IMG/VR virus record: IMGVR_UViG_3300013121_000020
Location: 32,001-96,000 of that record
From: a virus
Lineage: Duplodnaviria; Caudoviricetes
Direction: 5' to 3' (one strand)
Length of the DNA stretch: 64,000 nt
Positions 55,834-64,000 of the stretch are shown piece after piece. The notes under the pieces are model-generated. The model was not told the origin of the DNA, ran no database searches, and saw nothing but the letters and a program-made list of their open reading frames with translations. Positions within the stretch are counted from its first letter, which is position 1. Every line of letters starts with the position of its first letter. The position numbers and the translations under genes are program-made.

Positions 55834-58008
55834 ATGGCAGATAATTTACATGTTGTGTGGAATAAATTTTTTCAACATCGTACTCGAACGCTTTGGGAAC
55901 GATTTCCTGGTTTTTATCGTGCTTTGGTAGTTGAAACAAATGATCCGTTATGTATGATGCGTGTGCGTTTTAAATGTCCAGACATGCATGATTTTTCATT
56001 GTCACCAGAAGATTGTCCGTGGGCTGTTCCTATGAATGATCTTGGTGGAGCGAAAGCTGGGCGATTTAGTCATCCATGCATCGGCGATTGGGTATGGATC
56101 ACATTTGAACGCCAACATCCATATGGCCCGATTTGGACCGGATTTGCACAACCAACACGTAGAAAATTTTATACCTATCCACAAATATTTCAAATTACAC
56201 CATTAAGTGTCAATGAAGAGGGTAAACCAGATAGTAGACCAAATGATTATGACAATCAATATCTGCCACTTGATGGTCGTCCTATGGCACATGGATGGCA
56301 AGATAGATATGGAAATTTAGATATTCACTCATCGGTTGGATTTTTTCCAACAACTCATCAAAATCCGCCCCCACCACCAGATTATGACGCATTAGCATCA
56401 AGTCAATTTAAGAATCAGCAAAACGCCCCCCAACTGAATTTGCCAGATAAAAAGTATATGGCGAGGGTGACAAAATATGGCTGCATGTTTATAATGTCTG
56501 ATCAAGGATATTATTGGAAGAAAGATGACTCAAGTAATGTTGGGGAATTTAAAGGTGATTTTAAATCTGATGAACAATATGAAATTAATCGATGGAAAAA
56601 TCTTCAACGATTATTAAATGAAGATTCTCCAACTAACGACTCTAGACGTGCGATGTTGCTTACGCGATATGGTTCAAGATTTGAGATGCGTGATACTGGG
56701 TGGGCACAGCGTGGACCGCGTGCATCACAGTCTCGTGATGGTGAATTTGGTCCAAGTAGAACATTATCGGTAGAAAATAAAAATGATTTTCGGTGGATTA
56801 AATTGCGTACAAAAGGCGGTATGTTATTTCAGATGTATGATAAAGGATTTGACCCAAACGAAGACGAATTTATAAAAAGAAAATTAGTTGATGAGCAGGG
56901 TCCTAATTCTGAAAAAGAAGATGAATATTGGGGTGGTAAAGATGGCCGGTGGATACGAATGGTTACAAGATATGGATTTAAATTTGTATTAGATGATCGT
57001 GGTAGTCATGATAAGCAAGCTAATGTTCGTGAAACACCTCGTGGTAATGGTATATTATTAAAAGGGCGACGTTCTCCTGGTGCGAAAAATGTTGAATCAT
57101 CTGGTAATCCGCGTGGGTTTTTCTTTGAAATTAATGAAAATGATGCTGCCAATCATACGATGTGGGGGTCTCCTAATGGAATGGTGGTGGAAATGAATGA
57201 TAGATATCAATATATGATGCTTGCTGCGACAATGGGACGTGAATGGTCTGCTGAGTGGCAAGGATTAAAAGAAAATGAATTTATTCGTAAACCAACTATG
57301 TTAAATGATCCAGAAAACAGTGCATATCATTTAAAACTTGATCACGATAATGAATATCTTCGATTGAAAACGCGGGGTGGACGCGGCAATCAGCCAATTA
57401 ATCCAGCTAATGGAAGTGCTGTACGAGAAGAAGATGATGAAATTCAACAAGGATTAGAATCTCGCGATGGACGTGGTGGACAAGGACCGTGGACTGAACT
57501 TGTTGATTGTCAACATCGCGGTTTTTGGTTTAGTAAACGCCAAAATTTAGGTATATGGCGTGCAAAAAAAGATGTGAAAATGTATCAGTGGATGGATGAT
57601 CAAGAAAAAAAGATTGTAATTTATAATAATGAAGACAATGGTTCTATTGAGATATACGCATCTGGTCATATTAATTTTATAGGTGAGAAAGGAATTGCGT
57701 TTAAAACTGATAATAATATTGATTTTAAAGCTGGAAAATCGATTAGATTTCAAGCTGATGACACTCGTGTCACTATAGCTAAAACTCTACAAACTAATAA
57801 AGATATTAGTGCGAAGAAAATTTATGCATTTTTCCCTGGTGTTAGACCTGGAAGTGGTGCGGGTAAAGAGAATCCTGGAGGTGTTAGAGCCAAAAACATT
57901 GAGCAACCAGAATTACCTGAAATTTTGGAACCAAACGATCGTGGGAAAACCTATAATGAACCATTTGAAGAATGTCCACGAGAAGAAGTTGAACATTTAG
58001 ATAAATAA
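55834..58008 (+). CDS. baseplate spike/hub protein with gp5/VgrG OB-fold N-terminus
   Basis: YRALVV..NDP....RVR...P, PWA.P, P.IGD.VW..FE...P..P.W.G; C-terminal beta-helix-like repeats. Confidence 0.8.
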   Translation: MADNLHVVWNKFFQHRTRTLWERFPGFYRALVVETNDPLCMMRVRFKCPDMHDFSLSPEDCPWAVPMNDLGGAKAGRFSHPCIGDWVWITFERQHPYGPIWTGFAQPTRRKFYTYPQIFQITPLSVNEEGKPDSRPNDYDNQYLPLDGRPMAHGWQDRYGNLDIHSSVGFFPTTHQNPPPPPDYDALASSQFKNQQNAPQLNLPDKKYMARVTKYGCMFIMSDQGYYWKKDDSSNVGEFKGDFKSDEQYEINRWKNLQRLLNEDSPTNDSRRAMLLTRYGSRFEMRDTGWAQRGPRASQSRDGEFGPSRTLSVENKNDFRWIKLRTKGGMLFQMYDKGFDPNEDEFIKRKLVDEQGPNSEKEDEYWGGKDGRWIRMVTRYGFKFVLDDRGSHDKQANVRETPRGNGILLKGRRSPGAKNVESSGNPRGFFFEINENDAANHTMWGSPNGMVVEMNDRYQYMMLAATMGREWSAEWQGLKENEFIRKPTMLNDPENSAYHLKLDHDNEYLRLKTRGGRGNQPINPANGSAVREEDDEIQQGLESRDGRGGQGPWTELVDCQHRGFWFSKRQNLGIWRAKKDVKMYQWMDDQEKKIVIYNNEDNGSIEIYASGHINFIGEKGIAFKTDNNIDFKAGKSIRFQADDTRVTIAKTLQTNKDISAKKIYAFFPGVRPGSGAGKENPGGVRAKNIEQPELPEILEPNDRGKTYNEPFEECPREEVEHLDK

Positions 58009-58019
58009 CGAGAATAATT

Positions 58020-58748
58020 ATTATTATTAAATTTCCAACTGGATTATATTCATCAATTCTCCCAATAACTCCGGAGGATAAAGGCAATATTACATTTACT
58101 ATAAGTAATAATTTGCCACCACGAACGAATCTAATTTTTCCTAAAGTTCCTATTGGAATTGTTTCACAACGACGTGAGTCCACAGAAAAACCAATCACAT
58201 CTAGGCGTTCTAATTTTGGTGAATTAATATTCAGTGTTTCAAATTCTAAAAGAAGTGTGCTTGGTAACAACGCACGTCAATACGAATTGGGACAAGTGCT
58301 ATCATTTGGAGATAGTCAAACAGTAGACGTTAATCCAATGCTTGTTGGGGCAACGACTGAACTTCGCCATGATACTAACATATTCGACAATGCTTCTATG
58401 GGATTGTCAGATACTGATGTTACAATTATTTCATCTGCATCATTGCAAACGCAAGATATATTGACTAATAAATTGAATTTAATCAAAAAACAACGTGCAG
58501 ATGCTGAATTATCAATAACTATTCAGCAAAAGATTATAAATGAAACTGAGAAAACATTGTCAGCATTGAATGTAGTGCAAAATCAATTTCCAAGCGATGA
58601 TGTTGCATCATTGATTGAGCGGTTACAACAGCGACGTGATGATGCCATATCAAATCGTGATGCTGCTATTGTGTCCGCAAACGATTTAGCTGCACAGGCA
58701 GATGTTGTGCTTGAGCAACTTCGAACTGTAGCAACAGTAGTGAAATAA
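58020..58748 (+). CDS. hypothetical baseplate-region coiled-coil protein; probable ATT start
   Basis: Frame is open from 58005 with a run of ATT codons giving (M)IIKFPTGLYSSILP...; the first canonical start (TTG 58113) has no RBS. Confidence 0.65.
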   Translation: MIIKFPTGLYSSILPITPEDKGNITFTISNNLPPRTNLIFPKVPIGIVSQRRESTEKPITSRRSNFGELIFSVSNSKRSVLGNNARQYELGQVLSFGDSQTVDVNPMLVGATTELRHDTNIFDNASMGLSDTDVTIISSASLQTQDILTNKLNLIKKQRADAELSITIQQKIINETEKTLSALNVVQNQFPSDDVASLIERLQQRRDDAISNRDAAIVSANDLAAQADVVLEQLRTVATVVK

Positions 58749-59140
58749 TGGCAAAATCTAAAGCTGTGTTATATGGTTGGAATCCACCATTTATTGGTGG
58801 TCCACAAAATATATTATCTAGACAAGAAGATGAGAAACTTGTTAAAAATGATTTGTTACAACTTTTGATGACTGTGCCCGGTGAAAGAGTAATGCGACCA
58901 GAATTTGGTGTTCCGCTGCGTTCATTTGTGTTTGAACAACTTGTTGACTCAGATATTTCAGCGTTGGAAACAACAATTCACGATTCGATTGTTGAACAAG
59001 ATCAAAGAGTTATTGTTGATCAAGTCAATGTCCAACGAGACGATGAACGAAATGGTATAAACATAAAAATAATTGTCAGGCTAAAGAAAAATCCGGCTCG
59101 TGAATTAACAATCGAACAATTTTTAGCAGCGAGGTCCTGA
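58748..59140 (+). CDS. baseplate wedge / sheath initiator (gp25-like)
   Basis: L.QLL.T.PGERVMRPEFG..L..FVFE, I...D.RV. Confidence 0.92.
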   Translation: MAKSKAVLYGWNPPFIGGPQNILSRQEDEKLVKNDLLQLLMTVPGERVMRPEFGVPLRSFVFEQLVDSDISALETTIHDSIVEQDQRVIVDQVNVQRDDERNGINIKIIVRLKKNPARELTIEQFLAARS

Positions 59141-60750
59141 TGGCAGAGGAAACATTATTTGAATTACCAAACGCTCCAGATGAATTTGGAGTGGTTCTAC
59201 CTGCACCAAGTTTAAGAAGGCTTGATTTTAGTGGATTGGATTATACGACAGCACGTCGCGCAATTGTTGAGTATATTAAAACTTATTTTCCAGATGATTT
59301 TAACGATTTTATTGCCAGTAATGGTATTATGATGATTATGGAGATTATAGCAGCTACTACTGGAAAATTATCACTGCGTGGCGATATTTTAGCAAATGAG
59401 TCAACACTTCCAACATGTCAAACTGAAGAAGCTGCGATTAATCATCTTGCATTAATTAATCAACGTATTAAACGCCAAACTCCAGCGGTTGTTGATATTG
59501 AAATTAGTGTTGATCAACCAGTTTTTACTGATGTTGAAATTGAAGCTGGAACACTATTTTCAATTGCTGGTATTGATGGTTCGCAAGTTACATATGAAAT
59601 TTATCGTGCTCCTGGGGATTGGACTGGTAAAATTGTAATTCCAGCTGGTAAACGAGGTGTAATTGCTTATGGGTTGGAAGGGAAATTTGTTGCACCTGTG
59701 GTTATTACTAGTGCTGGTGGTGCGAATCAACGATACACAGTTCAAGATGTGAATATTCTTGAATCGCCTTTGTTTGTATCGATTACATTTGGCGATTCAG
59801 TTGAAGATTGGAGAGTTATTACTGAACCGATTGAACGTTATAGTGCTACTGATAGAGTTGTGGAAGTAAATTTTGTTGAGGATAAAGCTATTTTTAGATT
59901 TGGTGATGATGTGACTGGTCAGGCACCATTGTCCGGTTCACAAATTTCTATTCGATATCGTGTTGGTGGTGGAATTCGTGGTAGAATTGGTGTTGGGCAA
60001 ATTGACGCATCACGTCAAATTACACCATTACCACCAGCGAATGCGGCAGTGTCTGTGCGATTTCGGAATATTTCACCATCGTCTGGAGGTGTTGATCGTG
60101 AATCGTTGGAACAAGCGAAGCGTCGTGCGCCTCGCGATTTTGCATTGCAACGATCGATAGTGACTGCCGATGATTATGCACAAGCTGCGACTGCATTTTC
60201 ACATCCGGTGTTTGGGTCAATTGTTAAAGCGGTTGCGACAATTCGCACAGCTTTGAATGCTAATCGTGTTGAAATATACGCCTTAGCAGAAGGACCTGAT
60301 AGCCGTCCAGTTGCTCCAAATGTTGGTTTAAAAACTGGGTTGGCTACTTATTTTTCAGATTTAAATGTGCTTACAGATAGTGTCGTCGTGCTTGATGGTA
60401 TCATCAAACCTGTTGATATCGAAATGACAGTAATTGTTAGTCGCAACGCTGATGCTTCTGTAGTTAAAGAACGTGTAGAATCTATCATTGGACAGTTTTT
60501 CAATTTAAATAAATGGGAAATGGGTCATGCGTTTTATGTTTCAAATTTCATTGAGACAATAAAGACTATTGATGGTATATCATATATTGACTTATTGTCA
60601 CCATCAAATAATATTTTGCCGACTGGAAAAGAAGCTGATTCATCTGTTGATGGGGTTGGATTTAATGAACTGATAGTAGAAGGAAGCAGAAAGGTTAGTT
60701 ATTATTATGAGCGAAACCCTCCGCCAAGCGGTATTAGAAGTTCAAAATGA
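59140..60750 (+). CDS. baseplate wedge protein (gp6 / baseplate J-like)
   Basis: DF..LDY, W/FNDF..S, FGD...G..P, YRVGGG..G, GG.D.ES...K.RAP, Q...VT..DY. Confidence 0.9.
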   Translation: MAEETLFELPNAPDEFGVVLPAPSLRRLDFSGLDYTTARRAIVEYIKTYFPDDFNDFIASNGIMMIMEIIAATTGKLSLRGDILANESTLPTCQTEEAAINHLALINQRIKRQTPAVVDIEISVDQPVFTDVEIEAGTLFSIAGIDGSQVTYEIYRAPGDWTGKIVIPAGKRGVIAYGLEGKFVAPVVITSAGGANQRYTVQDVNILESPLFVSITFGDSVEDWRVITEPIERYSATDRVVEVNFVEDKAIFRFGDDVTGQAPLSGSQISIRYRVGGGIRGRIGVGQIDASRQITPLPPANAAVSVRFRNISPSSGGVDRESLEQAKRRAPRDFALQRSIVTADDYAQAATAFSHPVFGSIVKAVATIRTALNANRVEIYALAEGPDSRPVAPNVGLKTGLATYFSDLNVLTDSVVVLDGIIKPVDIEMTVIVSRNADASVVKERVESIIGQFFNLNKWEMGHAFYVSNFIETIKTIDGISYIDLLSPSNNILPTGKEADSSVDGVGFNELIVEGSRKVSYYYERNPPPSGIRSSK

Positions 60751-61129
60751 ATTGGCACAACCACTTTGGGAATCAAAATGTTGGGGTAAGGTGTGGCACC
60801 GATTTAATGATACATTATTGAATGAAAGTTTATTGCAAGTTAATAAGGGGTTTCGATGTTCAATTCATTATCATCAATATAGATTTAATTGTTTTATAAA
60901 TATAAGTGCAGTATTACAAATTGACACATTTGAAATGATAGATGCTACACCAATAATACAGTCAAGTAAAATTCTTAATGCTGGTGAAAGTTTAGTTATA
61001 AAACCAAAAGTTTGGCATTGTTTTCGTGTATTAGAATCTGGCACAGTAGCAGAATTATATTGGGCATCTGTTGGTCCGTGTCGCATTGATGATATTGTTA
61101 GATATGATATTGGTGGTTTGGATTGTTAG
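60707..61129 (+). CDS. cupin-fold protein (sugar isomerase-like)
   Basis: K.WG, L.V..G.RCS.HYH, G.S..I.P..WH.F, E. Confidence 0.7.
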   Translation: MSETLRQAVLEVQNELAQPLWESKCWGKVWHRFNDTLLNESLLQVNKGFRCSIHYHQYRFNCFINISAVLQIDTFEMIDATPIIQSSKILNAGESLVIKPKVWHCFRVLESGTVAELYWASVGPCRIDDIVRYDIGGLDC

Positions 61130-61132
61130 CAT

Positions 61133-61138
61133 GTATTT
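61133..61138 (+). promoter_or_regulatory. candidate early/middle -10-like motif GTA(T/C)NN (example)
   Basis: Found 5-8 nt before RBS-less ATGs at 3605, 47289, 61133, 62104 (+) and 22294, 48991 (-). Confidence 0.45.
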
Positions 61139-61145
61139 GGATCAT

Positions 61146-61766
61146 ATGAGCACAAAAATTTATTTTGCGTGGCGTTGTAAGGATAATTGTTTTGATAGGT
61201 TTCTTCAATCTATTAGAGAGCATTGTTTTGCTATTGCTCGTAAAAAACTTAATCAATTATCAAATCATGTAAGTCAACAAGTTGTTGTAGATGAATATGT
61301 AAAAGATAAGAAATGTACTCTTAATGGTTTTATCAGAACGCATGGCCGTAGAATTCGTTTATATCATGCAATATATGATGTAACGTTGGAGAGTTATTCA
61401 TCGCGACGTAGTGATTTTTGTATAGATCTTGCATTGAATGTTTTTTATTATAATAAATATTTTTATGTTGTTCCGGTTGGTGAATCGTATATGTTTGCTG
61501 GGTTGAAGTTGGTTGATGGTGTTGAGAACTATGAATATTATAATAACACTGATAAACCACGTAATATTTCAACTAGACAATGGGCAAAGCGTGCGTCAAT
61601 ATGGGATGAATTAATTCGCAATTGGGATGCGTTTCGTATGGTGCATACGATCATTGAATGTAAAACTGGTATTGGTGTATATGAGATAACTGAAGGTTTG
61701 GTGCGAGATGCACATCGTTGGGCAGTATATTTAGGATGCAAGGATGCTGTTTTTAACAAGTCTTGA
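61146..61766 (+). CDS. hypothetical protein
   Basis: MSTKIY start 7 nt after GTATTT; Y.Y.NNTDKP..IS..QW..R...W motif. Confidence 0.7.
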   Translation: MSTKIYFAWRCKDNCFDRFLQSIREHCFAIARKKLNQLSNHVSQQVVVDEYVKDKKCTLNGFIRTHGRRIRLYHAIYDVTLESYSSRRSDFCIDLALNVFYYNKYFYVVPVGESYMFAGLKLVDGVENYEYYNNTDKPRNISTRQWAKRASIWDELIRNWDAFRMVHTIIECKTGIGVYEITEGLVRDAHRWAVYLGCKDAVFNKS

Positions 61767-61768
61767 TA

Positions 61769-62092
61769 TCACACTTCAAGTTCTGCACCGAGTTTTTCTT
61801 TTAGGCTTCGTAAGAGCCTTGTGAGCATGACCGCCACGTCATATTCGTGACCGCGCATGAACACGAGCGGGCCGTTTCCTTGCGGGTGGATCGCTATAGC
61901 TACAGCCGTGTTTATGCCTTGGGTTTCACATGCCTCGCCGAATCCATTCATAGTGACAGCGAACTGCTTGTCAAAAATGTCTGGGTGATGGTCGTTAGCT
62001 GTTGTTTGTGCACTTTCATTGGGTTTCGCCGAATCTTCTGTGAGAGTGCGTTCAGCTTTGGTCTTGATCGGGGGTGTGGTGTTGTTAGCCAC
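61769..62092 (-). CDS. hypothetical protein
   Basis: GTG start with AAGGAG RBS; locally higher GC. Confidence 0.65.
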   Translation of the reverse strand: MANNTTPPIKTKAERTLTEDSAKPNESAQTTANDHHPDIFDKQFAVTMNGFGEACETQGINTAVAIAIHPQGNGPLVFMRGHEYDVAVMLTRLLRSLKEKLGAELEV

Positions 62093-62117
62093 TGTTGCTC
62101 CTTGTATTGATAACCAC

Positions 62118-62792
62118 ATGCTGGAACGTTCACGTCTTGACGATGGCCAGATTAAAGCAGTCTGGTTGTGGTGCTCTGAGGCTTATTTACGCCATGGGCG
62201 GAAGTTAAATTTTCCCAAAGGAACTGACCCATCTAAAACATATCAATGGCGTTATGTTGTGGCGATTGCTAAGAAGTTTGATGAGTGGGGTTTTGATGAG
62301 CAAACAGCACAACGATTTTTAGATATTGCTGTGCGTTATGCAAAACAATCTAAAACCATGCAGAAAGGTCTGGCAATATTTTTTCAGAGCAATATTCTTA
62401 ATATTTGTTATGAAAAATTGCAGGCTGAACTGAATGACAATTCGCAAACTCTTAGCATGCTTCGACATATCCGTGGTTGGTTATGGCGTAAAACTGGTTC
62501 AAATCCATTGTTGGAAACGTTGTTAAAACGTGAAGTTGATGATGGATTTTGTAATTTGTCGATGTGGTATCACGCATCCAGAATTTCTCCATTATTTTTG
62601 GCGTTGTCAAGAGCGTGTGCACAAAGTTTGGCTAGATTGAATGTTGATTATCCAACAGAACGCGAACTACTCCCACCACAAACTACATTATACCTCATAC
62701 GAGATGAATTCCTACGCGGCGACGTGAATAATCTCGTGCAAGCTCGCGAAATCTTCGCGAATGATTGGAGAGAACCTTGTCTACTACCATGA
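62118..62792 (+). CDS. hypothetical protein (weak resemblance to gp59 helicase loader)
   Basis: Helical, about 225 aa; C-terminal WY..SRISPLFL; ATG 8 nt after GTATTG. Confidence 0.55.
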   Translation: MLERSRLDDGQIKAVWLWCSEAYLRHGRKLNFPKGTDPSKTYQWRYVVAIAKKFDEWGFDEQTAQRFLDIAVRYAKQSKTMQKGLAIFFQSNILNICYEKLQAELNDNSQTLSMLRHIRGWLWRKTGSNPLLETLLKREVDDGFCNLSMWYHASRISPLFLALSRACAQSLARLNVDYPTERELLPPQTTLYLIRDEFLRGDVNNLVQAREIFANDWREPCLLP

Positions 62793-64000
62793 TCAAACCA
62801 ACAATCGAGCAAACTGTGACTAAGAATAAGAGAATTAAACCAAGTCTCTATACTGTTCCAGACGGTATGCCTTTATCGGTTTTTAATGATCGGTATGCGA
62901 GAAATGATAATAACGGCAAATTGCAAGGGTTTGCTGATAGAATGCGTGAGATGGTGATTGGAAATACGTCATTAGATAAGCGAATTTCACGCGCTGAAAT
63001 TGATGAGCTTACTGATTATGCTCTTGCTGGTATTGTGCCAATGTCTGGTCGACATATCCAACATGGCGATAAAGATCAACCATCAAAGAATATTGAAGTC
63101 TTCACAAATTGTGCAACTTCAGCGTTTTCATTTGTTAATTTTTATTTGCTGTTGAATGGAAGCGGAGTTGGTCGTGATTATTCATCAGAAAGTTGCCGTG
63201 TTGATTGGGAATATATGCCAAATGTTCGGCTTGTGTTGAATGGTGGTCCAGATGACGATGGTGATGTGACGAAAGGCGCACATCCAGATTTTAAAACAGC
63301 TTTTAACGAGTTTACTGCCGGATTTGATAGTTTAAAAGAAGCGAATCATAAATATGATTCTGAATCAGAAGATGTTCGGTGGATCTCTGTTAGAGACAGC
63401 AGAGAAGGTTGGGCAGAAGTAATCGCGACATTGGAAACAGCAGCATTTCATAAAAATCACCGCGAATCGTTGTTCATTTTTGATTTTTCTAACGTGCGTG
63501 GTCGTGGATCGCCAATTAAAGGAATGCAAGATCGTCCCGCACAAGGGCCAATTCCTTTGATGCGTGCCGTTTTGAAGATGACATCAATTAAAGGCACAAA
63601 AATGAAGCCATGGAAACAGGCTTTATTTATTGACCATTTCTTAGCGACAATTGTTGCGGTTGGTGATATTCGTCGTGCTGCGCGTATGGCTACTAAGAAT
63701 TGGCGTGATCGTGATATTATTGAATTTATTGATATTAAACGTGGTGGGTTTTTGTGGTCAGCGAATAATTCAATACTTGTTGATGATGAATTTTGGAAAC
63801 AAGCATCAGATCCGAAGCCAAGTCATGGAAGAAGGGTGTTTGAGGCAGCGGTTGGGGCCGCTTATTATGATAAGACTGGCGAACCAGGATTTATAAATAC
63901 ACATAAGTTGAATTCTAATTGTGATGGAATGGATAATATAACATCAGATAATTATTTTAATAAGTCGTATGATTTACGATTGCATCCGAAAACTTATGAA
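62777..64000 (+). CDS. nrdJ: class II (B12-dependent, monomeric-type) ribonucleotide reductase, 3' end outside window
   Basis: Not in ORF track. RYAR, SGRH, FTNC, GSGVG.D, DSREGW, FDFS.VR..G..IKG, G..RRAA, ANNS, GEPGFIN; GGAG RBS before TTG. Confidence 0.9.
   Translation, partial: MSTTMIKPTIEQTVTKNKRIKPSLYTVPDGMPLSVFNDRYARNDNNGKLQGFADRMREMVIGNTSLDKRISRAEIDELTDYALAGIVPMSGRHIQHGDKDQPSKNIEVFTNCATSAFSFVNFYLLLNGSGVGRDYSSESCRVDWEYMPNVRLVLNGGPDDDGDVTKGAHPDFKTAFNEFTAGFDSLKEANHKYDSESEDVRWISVRDSREGWAEVIATLETAAFHKNHRESLFIFDFSNVRGRGSPIKGMQDRPAQGPIPLMRAVLKMTSIKGTKMKPWKQALFIDHFLATIVAVGDIRRAARMATKNWRDRDIIEFIDIKRGGFLWSANNSILVDDEFWKQASDPKPSHGRRVFEAAVGAAYYDKTGEPGFINTHKLNSNCDGMDNITSDNYFNKSYDLRLHPKTYE

Noticed and set aside
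37568-60750. Bacterial extracellular contractile injection system or tailocin locus
   Set aside because: Neck proteins, tape measure, phage replication genes and RNR are interleaved, which indicates a lytic myovirus.
63651-63896. 81-aa ORF in the track
   Set aside because: Alternative frame inside the nrdJ coding sequence, which runs off the window end.
1-64000. CRISPR array, tRNA or rRNA genes
   Set aside because: Intergenic gaps are short, and no spaced direct repeats or cloverleaf/T-loop signatures were recognised by eye; tRNAscan was not run.

Overview
This 64-kb window is an internal fragment of a large (jumbo-type) T4-like myovirus genome. It is AT-rich, densely coding, mostly on the + strand, and reads in the standard genetic code. 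In order it carries: (1) a replication/recombination module (bacterial-type RecA, DnaB-like helicase, GroES, a thumbless PolA-like protein, UvsY, gp32-like SSB, 5'-3' exonuclease, Holliday-junction resolvase); (2) a glycan-modification/accessory region (several glycosyltransferases, sulfotransferase, GDP-mannose dehydratase, 2OG-Fe(II) oxygenase, PyrE, macrodomain, HAD, NAD-dependent ligase); (3) a neck-tail-baseplate module (gp13/14/15-like, sheath, three tube paralogs, hub chaperone, tape measure, gp53/gp5/gp25/gp6-like) interrupted by primase, PAS and WGR genes; (4) the 5' part of a class II ribonucleotide reductase. Most notable: three antisense nuclease + GNAT/Mom-like fusion genes, each head-to-head with a core virion gene; a glycosyltransferase whose N-terminus resembles the small pre-sheath virion protein (possible virion glycosylation/sulfation system); three genes that appear to start at ATT; a candidate +1 UUU_CGC frameshift in the tail chaperone; two candidate promoter motifs, one giving leaderless mRNAs; and a PolA with an altered steric gate. 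All family calls come from motif recognition by eye, with no database searches. No tRNA, rRNA or CRISPR array was recognised.
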